Shown one piece after another: positions 45,989-54,960 of a stretch of DNA of 64,000 nucleotides. The stretch comes from Escherichia coli. Its GTDB lineage: Bacteria > Pseudomonadota > Gammaproteobacteria > Enterobacterales > Enterobacteriaceae. Within the stretch, counting starts at the first letter, position 1; the number at the start of each line of letters is the position of its first letter. The position numbers were made by a program, and so were the translations under genes. Under the pieces are notes generated by a model that was not told the DNA's origin, did not search any database, and saw only the letters and a program-made list of their open reading frames with translations. Location: the NCBI GenBank assembly GCA_902499925.1, contig GCA_902499925.1_4130.1. One strand, 5' to 3'.

Positions 45989-46354
45989 GTACTCAACCTC
46001 TAAATTAAAAGATTCAGGAAACTTAGTCATATAATCTTCAGGATAGTTCTGCATTGTTTTGATCATCTCTACCTGTGTAGCACGGACGTATTCAATTGGT
46101 GCTCCTGGTAAATTCCAGACAGTACTTTCCTGAAAGAATTCCTCTTCTGACAGTACTGTAAGATTTACAAAATCATTACGGTAATTTTTTGAATCATCAT
46201 ATGTGAAGATTTTAAAAGACCCATTTTCATATAGTACAAGAACAAAATGTGAGAATTTTTGTAATGCACCACCCATTTCCACGTCCGCATGATTCAGTGT
46301 ACAGATGACCTCTTTTTTCCTCATACCGAATTGAATTCTAATTTCTTTTTTCAT
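45986..46354 (-). CDS. FQ-motif paralog (short form)
   Basis: 122 aa; SEEEFFQESTVW; AGGAG RBS. Confidence 0.75.
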   Translation of the reverse strand: MKKEIRIQFGMRKKEVICTLNHADVEMGGALQKFSHFVLVLYENGSFKIFTYDDSKNYRNDFVNLTVLSEEEFFQESTVWNLPGAPIEYVRATQVEMIKTMQNYPEDYMTKFPESFNLEVEY

Positions 46355-46364
46355 AAAATCTCCT

Positions 46365-46493
46365 TCAGATTAGTACTGAATTTGTACAGAATATTAGAAC
46401 TGTATCCATAATCAAATCACCTTTGTTTAAATTACAAAAGTACTGAAAACTATTCTTGAAAGAATGTACTGATATTACAAAATCAAATTCCAT
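46365..46493 (-). pseudogene. truncated FQ-family paralog fragment (42 codons)
   Basis: The first 27 codons (MEFDFVISVHSFKNSFQYFCNLNKGDL) are identical in protein to the start of 45630..45986; the frame then diverges and stops; it keeps the same ATGA junction with the upstream gene. Confidence 0.6.
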
Positions 46494-46495
46494 CA
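46414..46495 (-). repeat. 82-bp direct repeat, copy B
   Basis: 80/82 identical to 45907-45988; forms the 5' part of the truncated paralog. Confidence 0.8.
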
Positions 46496-46876
46496 CTCTT
46501 CCCCTAGATTGAAATAATTACTAAAATTAGTTTCACCAGTTTTACACCATTTATCGATACAATCCTTGTGAATAAATTTGATCCTACGCTGGATTTCAAC
46601 TATCTCTTCTAATGTACAGTTGTACTTCTTATCAAATACTAATGCCTCCTGAAACAGTGCAGCCTCATCCATTAATGTATAATCCAGCATATCGGTTGCT
46701 TTACCCCTAAACCCAGTACTAAAATCCATCAAATAAAATTGAGAATTTTCGAACTTTATAAGTTTGTCCCTTGCGTAGTTTAAATCACGCTTGCACAAAT
46801 TACAGCACGTAATAAACTCACCAGTGTACATCCATGTCCCTATATGAAAATCTTTATATTTCATTTGCATCTTCAT
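46493..46876 (-). CDS. FQ-motif paralog (short form)
   Basis: The track N-terminal extension (to 46966) is hydrophobic and unlike paralogs; ATGs at 46876/46870/46864 (MKMQMKYKDF) are plausible but the start is uncertain; DEAALFQEALVFDKKY. Confidence 0.65.
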   Translation of the reverse strand: MKMQMKYKDFHIGTWMYTGEFITCCNLCKRDLNYARDKLIKFENSQFYLMDFSTGFRGKATDMLDYTLMDEAALFQEALVFDKKYNCTLEEIVEIQRRIKFIHKDCIDKWCKTGETNFSNYFNLGEE

Positions 46877-47078
46877 TTCAATTGTAATCTTTACTGTAAT
46901 TAATAAGGTAAACTCCAATATAAGGAGCACGTTCGCGGCGGGGTATTTTTTTGTTTCAGGAAACATGAACTGTACTCTGAAAACACATTTTAAAACTTTA
47001 TATTAAACATATACCTTAACATGTTTTTCAGCGAAAATTTTTTTGACCCCCCCAGCGGCCTGTGAAAACGAAACGTCT

Positions 47079-47324
47079 CTATTTATTCAGCCTAGAAAGC
47101 TTGATTTCTTCAATCCTTTTCATCGCACAAAGCCTTCGACTCGTCCTCTCGTACATATTCAATACTCGTTGTAATGCATTATCTGTATTATCTGTAACTG
47201 CAATCTGAACCAAATATGTATCCTTCAAAATCGAATCCATCATGAATTCAAAACCTTTCACACTAAAGCAATATACCACTTCCGGCTCTTCAAACGTAAT
47301 CATAATTCCAATCCCCTGTCCCAT
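47079..47324 (-). CDS. hypothetical small protein
   Basis: 81-aa ORF, not in either family. Confidence 0.5.
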   Translation of the reverse strand: MGQGIGIMITFEEPEVVYCFSVKGFEFMMDSILKDTYLVQIAVTDNTDNALQRVLNMYERTSRRLCAMKRIEEIKLSRLNK

Positions 47325-47493
47325 CTAACCTTCTAAGATATCTTGCGTAAATTATTTCGAAATATCTGTGCAACGAAATTACGGATTGCTCATAATCATC
47401 ATTCCTGTACATTGTGCATGTAAGAAAATCATTTAAACCGTAATCTAAACTGCACTTGAACTTCTCCTTTGCAACATCTCTAAAATTATCCAT
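47290..47493 (-). CDS. hypothetical small protein
   Basis: 67-aa ORF. Confidence 0.5.
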   Translation of the reverse strand: MDNFRDVAKEKFKCSLDYGLNDFLTCTMYRNDDYEQSVISLHRYFEIIYARYLRRLDGTGDWNYDYV

Positions 47494-47647
47494 AATATGT
47501 CCTCTGCACAGCGTAGGTGTACTGTGAACTCAGCACCGTTAATAGGTAATCTATGTTGTAAGCACGATTTCCTCGTTGACTAGCACGACTAGAATAAAGA
47601 ATATTATCCACATATGTATCGAACTGTTCTTCAAATAACTCTTTCAT
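47486..47647 (-). CDS. hypothetical small protein (53 aa, below track cutoff)
   Basis: ATG 47647 with AGGG 5 nt upstream; MKELFEEQFDTYVDNILYSS...; overlaps the next start by 8 nt. Confidence 0.4.
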   Translation of the reverse strand: MKELFEEQFDTYVDNILYSSRASQRGNRAYNIDYLLTVLSSQYTYAVQRTYYG

Positions 47648-47649
47648 CA

Positions 47650-47669
47650 GCACCCTTTAGCACCCTTTA
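47650..47669 (-). repeat. 10-bp perfect tandem duplication (GCACCCTTTA x2 on + strand)
   Basis: Sits at a gene junction; one copy supplies the last codons and stop of 47657..48211, the other the SD-like AGGG for the next ORF. Confidence 0.7.
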
Positions 47670-48211
47670 ACAACTTTTGAAATGTAATCTTCTAATGCAC
47701 CAATGTTCTTTGTATTCGTTCGAACTAAAAGATAACTTAAATTCTCGAACTCCTGAACATAATGCTTAACAGCGTACATGCATCGTAATTCAAAATCTGT
47801 ATGAACCGTTTTGTACTGAAATAACATCTCTTCTGAAGCATCTAAAAGCTCTGTAGCTTGTTCTGTACTGAACTTAAAGGGATTCTGTACTCCTGAACTA
47901 AAACACTTTTGTACGTTCGTCTGGACACCCTGTGATAGATATAATCCTGTACTACCATCTTGTGTTGATATCGAATTGAAACCATTACTTGCAACCATTA
48001 AATCTGAACTCAATACAAATAATAATTTATCTTCCTTATGAATTAATAAATCTGACTTCAGGGATTTTATTCCTGTACTGGTTATATCACCTATACTAAG
48101 ATTGTCACTGAACTTCTCAGCGTTGTTCGCAATGCTCTGGACAAGATTTTTTAATCTCTTAATGGCACTTCTGTCTTTTTCTAATGTATCTAATAAACTC
48201 ATTGAACTCAT
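47657..48211 (-). CDS. FQ-motif paralog (long form)
   Basis: Track 47657..48283; ATG 48211 has AAGGA 8 nt upstream and follows the upstream stop; MSSMSLLDTLEK; SEEMLFQYKTVH. Confidence 0.7.
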   Translation of the reverse strand: MSSMSLLDTLEKDRSAIKRLKNLVQSIANNAEKFSDNLSIGDITSTGIKSLKSDLLIHKEDKLLFVLSSDLMVASNGFNSISTQDGSTGLYLSQGVQTNVQKCFSSGVQNPFKFSTEQATELLDASEEMLFQYKTVHTDFELRCMYAVKHYVQEFENLSYLLVRTNTKNIGALEDYISKVVKGC

Positions 48212-48221
48212 TGTACTTTCC

Positions 48222-48566
48222 TTACATATTTGTACTGAACAAAACGGAACTTTGAATGCCATTAATCGACACTTCATGTACATATATATTTTGTCTGAAT
48301 ACCTGAAGCAATTGAACTAAACTCTGTTGCATAATAATATGCATCGCTAAATTATCAAAGGCCGTTTCGTATTGGAATCGTGCAGCATCATCTTCTATGA
48401 AATTCGGAACTTGGACTGGATTTTCAAAATTTGTCCTTGTACTGAACTGTACATCATTGTCCTGTACCTTAATACCATATGAATTATCTTTGTTATCAAC
48501 TACATCAAATTCAATTAAACTACCATCTTTACTGACGTTTACTATATAAACTGAAAATCTACTCAT
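48222..48566 (-). CDS. FQ-motif paralog (short form)
   Basis: 114 aa; DDAARFQYETAF. Confidence 0.65.
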   Translation of the reverse strand: MSRFSVYIVNVSKDGSLIEFDVVDNKDNSYGIKVQDNDVQFSTRTNFENPVQVPNFIEDDAARFQYETAFDNLAMHIIMQQSLVQLLQVFRQNIYVHEVSINGIQSSVLFSTNM

Positions 48567-49081
48567 AATCCTATTTCCTTTAAATCTTCCAAAAATGTTT
48601 CATAATCACTTAAGGAAAAAAAGATATCCGTATCGATGTTCGCATCTAATACATTATACAAATTCTGCATCTGTAACACATCAGGAGCATCAATCAATGA
48701 TTGCTGGAAATAGGCAGCTTCATCTTCCAAAATATCTCTGAATGTTCTCTCTCGTACTCTGTGGTGTACTGAATTGAATATTGATTTCTCATCCTTAAGC
48801 ATTGGTAGGTATCGAATGTACATGTGTTCTCTTAGCTCTGGACTGATGGAACCCCTGAACTGTAACACGTATTCGAAGCACATAGCAACATCCTGAAGGT
48901 AATTGGCACTGTAATTATTGCTGTAAACAATCTTATGACTTCTGAACTCATCATCATTTCTGAACCAATTGTCACCTACTTTGGTGTACTTATGACTAAG
49001 CAATCCACCCTCTAACGCTTTGATGATCTTCAAAATGTTGTGTGCAAATGCATATGATGTATTGTACTTGGCCTGATACAT
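48563..49081 (-). CDS. FQ-motif paralog (long form)
   Basis: Track 48563..49204; ATG 49081 has GAGG 6 nt upstream; EDEAAYFQQSLI. Confidence 0.7.
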   Translation of the reverse strand: MYQAKYNTSYAFAHNILKIIKALEGGLLSHKYTKVGDNWFRNDDEFRSHKIVYSNNYSANYLQDVAMCFEYVLQFRGSISPELREHMYIRYLPMLKDEKSIFNSVHHRVRERTFRDILEDEAAYFQQSLIDAPDVLQMQNLYNVLDANIDTDIFFSLSDYETFLEDLKEIGL

Positions 49082-49097
49082 GTGTGCCTCATCTGCC

Positions 49098-49292
49098 TCA
49101 TTTGGCGTTAAAATATTCACTGAAATGATTATAACACAAAAGCACCACGATGTTAAGCACTCTGTTGTCAAAATCATCTTGTGATGCAGGATGCAAGGAC
49201 GCATTGATGTTAAAATTCACTATATCATTGTGGAATTGGTATGTGAACAAATCAAACTTCGTATGCCTTTGTTTGATATCATCGGCGGTCAT
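49098..49292 (-). CDS. hypothetical small protein
   Basis: 64-aa ORF. Confidence 0.45.
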   Translation of the reverse strand: MTADDIKQRHTKFDLFTYQFHNDIVNFNINASLHPASQDDFDNRVLNIVVLLCYNHFSEYFNAK

Positions 49293-49293
49293 A

Positions 49294-49902
49294 TTATATA
49301 TTCAACCCTTTAACAATGGAAATAAATTCTTTGTATACATTTTCAGGTAAAGCTCTACTACCATAAAGAACACTAAATTCAGGTAACATATCCGAAATCT
49401 CTTTCGCTAAATTTATTTCATCCCTGAACATTTGCACAGGCATGATATCCTGTACCAATGATAACTGAAAGAAAAATGATTCAATATCTTCATGCACCTC
49501 TGAATTTAAATAAATCTCTTCTGGAAACTGGTCTGTACTGTAATAATAAAATACGTCAATTCTTTTTTCATTATTTTGTACAAGAGGTAAATTTCTTTCG
49601 TCTCTCTTATTAATATTTGTTTTCCATGACTCAATGTTATTCGGAACCCAAAACTCATAAGGTGTTTTCTCTCCTGAAATATTATCCAGCTTCAATCCAT
49701 AATATTCACCTTCGCCGTACTTCTGCTTCAAAACAATACCTGTACTACTGATGTTTACAATGTACGTATCAACAATCCCCTCTGCGGTAAAAGGAATATT
49801 TAACTCTGAACCTTCAGGGTACTTAGCATTGAATGCATCTAATGCTTTACTAAGCACTGGAATTGCACTTGTACTGTACTTCATTAATTGATCTATGTTC
49901 AT
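49294..49902 (-). CDS. FQ-motif paralog (long form)
   Basis: 202 aa; DIESFFFQLSLV. Confidence 0.7.
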   Translation of the reverse strand: MNIDQLMKYSTSAIPVLSKALDAFNAKYPEGSELNIPFTAEGIVDTYIVNISSTGIVLKQKYGEGEYYGLKLDNISGEKTPYEFWVPNNIESWKTNINKRDERNLPLVQNNEKRIDVFYYYSTDQFPEEIYLNSEVHEDIESFFFQLSLVQDIMPVQMFRDEINLAKEISDMLPEFSVLYGSRALPENVYKEFISIVKGLNI

Positions 49903-50447
49903 TTTAATGCCCCTGTAATCATACTGAAATTTGAACGATACATATCGTACACTGTACTTTCTTTCTTGTGCACAATGAAATCATAAAGATCGACGAATGC
50001 AGGAATAATAATCTTGAATGATTTATTCTTGTACGTCCCAAACTCAACGGTGCTCAATTTTGCAACGAGCATAGCAACAAAGATTTCTTCTGGACTATGC
50101 AATGTACTGTACTGAAAATAATCCTCTGCACTTATTTCACCCATTGCACTAATATCTTGTACTTGTAATGAAATTTTAAGATAATAATAAGAAAAATCAT
50201 TCTCTGATTTGTTTTGTATTTTGTATTGGTCTATGGGTACATCTCTCATGAACCATAAACGGTCCTGACCATAAAAAGGAATGATTGAATTTGGGGAACC
50301 CAAAAAAACTTCTTCTCTATCAATATCCTTTAACTCAATTTGCATACTGGATGAATTGGCAATAATTAATTCATTAAAAATGTAATGAACCTTGTGTACC
50401 ATCTCTTGTACTGAATTGAAATCATCTGGTATTTTAAAATTTTCCAT
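49899..50447 (-). CDS. FQ-motif paralog (long form)
   Basis: Track 49899..50483; ATG 50447 has AAGGAG 6 nt upstream and lies downstream of promoter 50474-50502; SAEDYFQYSTLH. Confidence 0.75.
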   Translation of the reverse strand: MENFKIPDDFNSVQEMVHKVHYIFNELIIANSSSMQIELKDIDREEVFLGSPNSIIPFYGQDRLWFMRDVPIDQYKIQNKSENDFSYYYLKISLQVQDISAMGEISAEDYFQYSTLHSPEEIFVAMLVAKLSTVEFGTYKNKSFKIIIPAFVDLYDFIVHKKESTVYDMYRSNFSMITGALK

Positions 50448-50473
50448 AGGTATCTCCTTAAAAATGATTACAC

Positions 50474-50502
50474 ATTGTACCATGCATTTGTACTGGTGTC
50501 AA
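50474..50502 (-). promoter_or_regulatory. sigma70-like promoter (TTGACA-17-TACAAT)
   Basis: Intergenic 50448-50519, upstream of 49899..50447. Confidence 0.65.
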
Positions 50503-50519
50503 ACAAAAAAGCCCATATC

Positions 50520-51017
50520 TTACGATACAGGCATGTTTATTTGAATTTCATTGTACAAATCATCAATATATAGACATGAAAACGATAAACTTTCTTTAAC
50601 TATATTGTTGTGATAAAGCATTTTAAACACTATATAGAAAAATAAATCAATATCATCATGTACTAAATTCTGCTGGAACCACCACTCTTCTGTTAAATCT
50701 TGTGCATTAAAATCATCAGGAACTTCAATTGACGACATATCAACATCTTCTTTGTACTCAAACCACATGTCGTCATTCGGATAACGTTCATGTTTTTCTG
50801 GGTAACAATTGCTGGGATTAAATGCTAAAATATAAAATGTCGTCGCAGAATGTTCTTTATTAAAAAATGAATTATTCCACACCTGATACCTTTCACCAAC
50901 ATCAATCTCTTTTGATACTGATGTTATTGCACATAATGTACGATATATTGTTTCTATTTTGTGAACAAATTTAAAGGCTGCATCTAAACTGAACTCTAAA
51001 TCAGACATGCGGTGCAT
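50520..51017 (-). CDS. FQ-motif paralog (long form)
   Basis: 165 aa (alternative ATG at 51008); TEEWWFQQNLVH. Confidence 0.7.
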   Translation of the reverse strand: MHRMSDLEFSLDAAFKFVHKIETIYRTLCAITSVSKEIDVGERYQVWNNSFFNKEHSATTFYILAFNPSNCYPEKHERYPNDDMWFEYKEDVDMSSIEVPDDFNAQDLTEEWWFQQNLVHDDIDLFFYIVFKMLYHNNIVKESLSFSCLYIDDLYNEIQINMPVS

Positions 51018-51337
51018 AAAATTATCTCAACTAAAATAAGAACGGTATTGAATTCGAGGCAACCTTTGATACCTTGATTGTACATGTACTTTGCTACTAC
51101 ATATTTCTGTACTAAATTATAATTATTAAATTCCTCAAAATTGTAATTTAGAATGAAATTTGTACTCAAAAATAACTTATGCATCTCTAATGCACTCTGA
51201 TAATATTTGTACAACTCACTGATATCAATACTTTGTAAATCACTTTGTTCATATGTATGATAAGGAATGGCGTCAATTTCAATATTATTAAACCATTCTC
51301 TTAACTTATTAATATCAAATGTATTATTCAGCTTCAT
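50996..51337 (-). CDS. FQ-family-like paralog (degenerate motif)
   Basis: 113 aa; NFEEFNNYNLVQ. Confidence 0.45.
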   Translation of the reverse strand: MKLNNTFDINKLREWFNNIEIDAIPYHTYEQSDLQSIDISELYKYYQSALEMHKLFLSTNFILNYNFEEFNNYNLVQKYVVAKYMYNQGIKGCLEFNTVLILVEIILCTACLI

Positions 51338-51890
51338 AACTCAATACCTCCATTAAGCACTCATAAACACCATCAATCGCATAAGCACAAAAACTGAAAT
51401 TAATTTTGTTATTCTTGTGTAATGGACTATTGTATACTGTACTCATTATGACATTATAAAATAACAAACGCACTGGTACAAGCATTGAACCTTGGAAAAA
51501 TTCTTCCTCTGATTTATATGTATTGTACTCTATTGCTTTGTTCGTTTCTGTATCATATTTTACCATTACTAACGGGGCATTTTTATTATACCATGCGTAC
51601 TCTAAATCATTCTTTCCAATAACAGCACCAGGGGCAAAATCCAAAAGACTAATAACACTACGGGCATTTGGGGTATCAGGTGTATTGAATCGTTTATCAA
51701 AATGTCTCGTGCACGCAATATATGTATTGTACTTCGATGGAATAATACCAATACATTTGTGGATGTGACGCTTGTAATCTTTCTGTGCATTATATAAGGC
51801 TGCAACAATACAAGCTAACTTTTGTCCCATAAGGATTGCATTAGCGTAGGTGTACTGAATTTCATTGTACTCACTGTACGTCGATGTCAT
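51324..51890 (-). CDS. FQ-motif paralog (long form)
   Basis: 188 aa; SEEEFFQGSMLV. Confidence 0.75.
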   Translation of the reverse strand: MTSTYSEYNEIQYTYANAILMGQKLACIVAALYNAQKDYKRHIHKCIGIIPSKYNTYIACTRHFDKRFNTPDTPNARSVISLLDFAPGAVIGKNDLEYAWYNKNAPLVMVKYDTETNKAIEYNTYKSEEEFFQGSMLVPVRLLFYNVIMSTVYNSPLHKNNKINFSFCAYAIDGVYECLMEVLSYEAE

Positions 51891-52182
51891 AATACGCTCC
51901 TACCTCATAATCTTTCTTGCTTTGGAATTCATTAACGACTTTCTGTATATTTCTTAATGTTACCATGTCATGTCCGTACATGTCAACCACCAATTGCATT
52001 TGGAAAAATTCTTCTTCAGATAATGTATTAAAATCTATAAAATAATCCGTAACAACCTGTGCGTCTAAATTTGCCATGTACCATTGATTGGTATCGACCT
52101 CTTTAACCAAATTCCATGCATCTGAATCGGATTCTAATTCTACATATATTAATGTTAATGTATAAAGCATTTTATACTTCAT
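51871..52182 (-). CDS. FQ-motif paralog (short form)
   Basis: 103 aa; SEEEFFQMQLVV...NIQKVV. Confidence 0.7.
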   Translation of the reverse strand: MKYKMLYTLTLIYVELESDSDAWNLVKEVDTNQWYMANLDAQVVTDYFIDFNTLSEEEFFQMQLVVDMYGHDMVTLRNIQKVVNEFQSKKDYEVGAYYDIDVQ

Positions 52183-52732
52183 AACTGTATCCTTGCATTA
52201 AAAGATCATAAGCAATATCAACTAATTCTAAACGAATGAAAAATTTTAAATTATCTTTCAATGGATTCAAATGCATTGTACTAAACAACATAAGATACTT
52301 CATTTGATTTGTATTGTATATTAGGGATGTCTGAAATACTTCTGCTTCATTGTAAGGATCAATGAATTTTATACCTTCTTCACTGTAATCCGTTTTGGAA
52401 TTCTGATATATAAAATAATCATCACCAGCATTATACCACAAATAACCTTCAAAACTAGAATCAAATTCTGAATTTTCATTTCGCATTAAAGGTGATACTG
52501 AAATTGGATTTGAACCAACTGTTGCACAAACCTCAAGGAAAGCATCTTCACTTCCCTTAACTTCCTCTTTGATTTTATCATTGTACTGACCTGCAAAACC
52601 AGCTTTTACTTCCAAATATAAACTACTACCAACTTTATTAATTCTTAAAAGGGAACTCTGTACTGTATTCGCATTATTCAGCACAAACACTATTGTGCAA
52701 ATCTTATGTACCAATAACTGAATATCATTCAT
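52172..52732 (-). CDS. FQ-motif paralog (long form)
   Basis: 186 aa; NEAEVFQTSLIY. Confidence 0.7.
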   Translation of the reverse strand: MNDIQLLVHKICTIVFVLNNANTVQSSLLRINKVGSSLYLEVKAGFAGQYNDKIKEEVKGSEDAFLEVCATVGSNPISVSPLMRNENSEFDSSFEGYLWYNAGDDYFIYQNSKTDYSEEGIKFIDPYNEAEVFQTSLIYNTNQMKYLMLFSTMHLNPLKDNLKFFIRLELVDIAYDLLMQGYSYEV

Positions 52733-52733
52733 A

Positions 52734-53063
52734 TTATACCCTTGTGCATTTAAGCACTGTAACTAAACCTTTTGCGTTCTTGAAATGCATTAACGATAAT
52801 GATGCATCAACGTATTGTAATGATACAATTACATCTTCTGATGTGTTCTTGAATAAAAATTCCTGTACTGAATTCTCACCAAAATAAATGTACTTTGTGG
52901 ACTCAATTTGCAAATACGGAATTTCTGTACTATGTAAAAAGATATCAATTTTATCATTGTTTTGTAATCTGCAATCAAATTGATATACTTCATAATCAGC
53001 GGCCTGTACTGTATTAGAGAACATTGATAAAATAAATGTTAGAGCTAAAATAATTTTATTCAT
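52734..53063 (-). CDS. secreted/periplasmic protein with Sec signal peptide
   Basis: 109 aa; MNKIILALTFILSMFSNTVQA/ADYE gives n-h-c regions and an AxA-type site (VQA); no lipobox Cys. Confidence 0.6.
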   Translation of the reverse strand: MNKIILALTFILSMFSNTVQAADYEVYQFDCRLQNNDKIDIFLHSTEIPYLQIESTKYIYFGENSVQEFLFKNTSEDVIVSLQYVDASLSLMHFKNAKGLVTVLKCTRV

Positions 53064-53074
53064 ATTGGTATTCC

Positions 53075-53257
53075 TTAATTTGGTGGATTTGGATGTAATA
53101 AATGATCTATATAATTTAAATGTTCTATTGTAACTAATGAAAGATAATAATTGTAATCATCAATACCACCCTTTAAATGTATATTGTAATACATCTTGAT
53201 ACTTACTAATAAAGAATCATTTAAATCATTTATTGCTTTTGTATTAACGTCTTTCAT
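53075..53257 (-). CDS. hypothetical small protein
   Basis: 60-aa ORF. Confidence 0.4.
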   Translation of the reverse strand: MKDVNTKAINDLNDSLLVSIKMYYNIHLKGGIDDYNYYLSLVTIEHLNYIDHLLHPNPPN

Positions 53258-53379
53258 TAATGTTCTTCTCTTAAAAAACGCTTAATGGCACAATCTAAAT
53301 AAAAATCATAATACATCATATCTCGATTCTTAACCCATACACAATAATCTGCATTAATATTTCTTAATAATATATTCAT
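53257..53379 (-). CDS. hypothetical small protein (40 aa, below track cutoff)
   Basis: ATG 53379 to TAA 53257-53259, TAATG junction with the next gene; weak RBS. Confidence 0.3.
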   Translation of the reverse strand: MNILLRNINADYCVWVKNRDMMYYDFYLDCAIKRFLREEH

Positions 53380-53396
53380 ATTATAATCTTCACTCC

Positions 53397-53786
53397 CTAA
53401 TCGTGCCATTTAATAGGATACTCCGTTCCATTTATTGTATAAGATATAATCCATCCGTAATGAATAGGACTATTCTTTTCTCCTTTAGGAATAAAATATA
53501 AAGATGTACTAGGATTATAACTGAATAAATCTTTATTGTCAAATGTAAAATGAGATAACGTTATCTTCCTTGAACTTGGACTAATAACATTCTTAACACC
53601 AAACACGGTATCTTGATATTTCTCTGAAAATTCAAACAATGCATCTGTAATTAAATCATTGAATTCTATACATAATGGTTTAAAAGAACCATCATTATCT
53701 TTGAATTCCTTATATAAAGAGCTTCTTGTATTCAAAAGAAATATTACTTTTTTAAGATCCTGAACTATTTCTGGATTCATATTCAT
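53397..53786 (-). CDS. hypothetical protein
   Basis: 129-aa ORF, no family motif. Confidence 0.55.
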   Translation of the reverse strand: MNMNPEIVQDLKKVIFLLNTRSSLYKEFKDNDGSFKPLCIEFNDLITDALFEFSEKYQDTVFGVKNVISPSSRKITLSHFTFDNKDLFSYNPSTSLYFIPKGEKNSPIHYGWIISYTINGTEYPIKWHD

Positions 53787-54003
53787 TTATCTCATCCTGT
53801 AACTTAAGCATCAAAATTTGCATATTAATTTTTTGTACAAGGTGATTGAGAAATTTCTGTACTGTATCTTCTTGTTCTTTTGACCCAAGATAAAATAACA
53901 TATTAAATTCCGATAACCTCAGAGCAAAATCGTCATCTCCCCCTTGTAAACAAAAATCCCTGTACTTTGATGCATACAAATAACGGTTTATTTTTTTGTA
54001 CAT
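53752..54003 (-). CDS. GTNYQ-family-like small paralog (divergent outlier)
   Basis: 83 aa; LFYLGSKEQEDTV. Confidence 0.55.
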   Translation of the reverse strand: MYKKINRYLYASKYRDFCLQGGDDDFALRLSEFNMLFYLGSKEQEDTVQKFLNHLVQKINMQILMLKLQDEINEYESRNSSGS

Positions 54004-54031
54004 TTATATTGCATCTCCTTTAGGTATATTC

Positions 54032-54343
54032 TTATATGTCAATTTCAATGATCCTCCCTGACATACCTTGTATTAGCTTATCATACATATCGAGCATCAC
54101 TTTTTGAATACTAATTAATACTGGCATCGTGCAAATATCAATGTCGTATATTAAGCTGTACTGGAATAATTCCTCTTCCTGCATTTGTACTAAATTAGGT
54201 AAAAGATAATTGTCTGCCTCTTCATCCTGGTACTTGAAATGCATAACGCCATCCTTTTTGTACAAAAGAATGTCAATATCACCTAACTCTTCTGCATAAC
54301 CAAAAATACATATACTCGATGTTTTTGCTATATTAAATTTCAT
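54032..54343 (-). CDS. FQ-motif paralog (short form)
   Basis: 103 aa; QEEELFQYSLIY...SIQKVM. Confidence 0.75.
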   Translation of the reverse strand: MKFNIAKTSSICIFGYAEELGDIDILLYKKDGVMHFKYQDEEADNYLLPNLVQMQEEELFQYSLIYDIDICTMPVLISIQKVMLDMYDKLIQGMSGRIIEIDI

Positions 54344-54352
54344 ATTCTTCTC

Positions 54353-54676
54353 TTATATGTGGAATTCACATACGTGTTGAACAAAATTCTTTGGAAGATG
54401 ACAATGTGTAATCATCTGCTTTTGTACTTCCTTCATATCTTCGAATGTAAATCCTAAAGAATCATCATGTACTAACAAGTACTGAAACTCTTCTTCTTCA
54501 GAGATAGAACATAAATTCGGTACTGAAATTGTTTTTGTTTTTCTTGCACCTAATTTCCAATGAAAAGAATTATTGCATTTTCTGTACTCAAATATCTTCA
54601 ACCCAGAACCTGTATTAAAATCAGCTACTACAATGTAACATGAATTCTTACGTACAATACAATTGAACTTACGCAT
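54353..54676 (-). CDS. FQ-motif paralog (short form)
   Basis: Track 54353..54703; ATG 54676 has GGTGGAG upstream and a TAATG junction; SEEEEFQYLLVH. Confidence 0.7.
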   Translation of the reverse strand: MRKFNCIVRKNSCYIVVADFNTGSGLKIFEYRKCNNSFHWKLGARKTKTISVPNLCSISEEEEFQYLLVHDDSLGFTFEDMKEVQKQMITHCHLPKNFVQHVCEFHI

Positions 54677-54921
54677 TATCTCCACCTCTCTCCGTCTGTA
54701 CAAGAGTACTGGTACGTTGTCGTTAGGGTAGGAACCATGTTTGTAATGGGCATATTGTTAACAATAACCGTAACAGGCATAAGAATCGTCTCTTCTCTAC
54801 TCTGTCCTGTCCTTGTGCAATTCATCTTCTGCATTTCATCTGAATCCATGAAATACAATACAAATGGTGCAATCCCAAGAACAATACACAAGACGATAAG
54901 GAAATTTAAAAAATTTAACAT
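54676..54921 (-). CDS. small membrane protein (N-terminal TM helix)
   Basis: 81 aa; MLNFLNFLIVLCIVLGIAPFVLYF; GAGGG RBS; directly downstream of promoter 54961-54989. Confidence 0.6.
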   Translation of the reverse strand: MLNFLNFLIVLCIVLGIAPFVLYFMDSDEMQKMNCTRTGQSREETILMPVTVIVNNMPITNMVPTLTTTYQYSCTDGERWR

Positions 54922-54960
54922 AATTTTTACCCTCTATTTGAACGCTCAAAAAGTACAGGT

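Noticed and set aside
3299-51808. Minus-strand ORFs nested out of frame inside larger genes (3299..3508, 3731..3922, 6482..6679, 12067..12321, 12349..12552, 15307..15528, 20562..20771, 26106..26324, 37660..37881, 37965..38231, 41441..41626, 43890..44135, 44282..44464, 51602..51808)
   Set aside because: They lie entirely within better-supported genes (phosphoesterase, Pnk, FQ-family members and others), have odd composition, and show no start signals.
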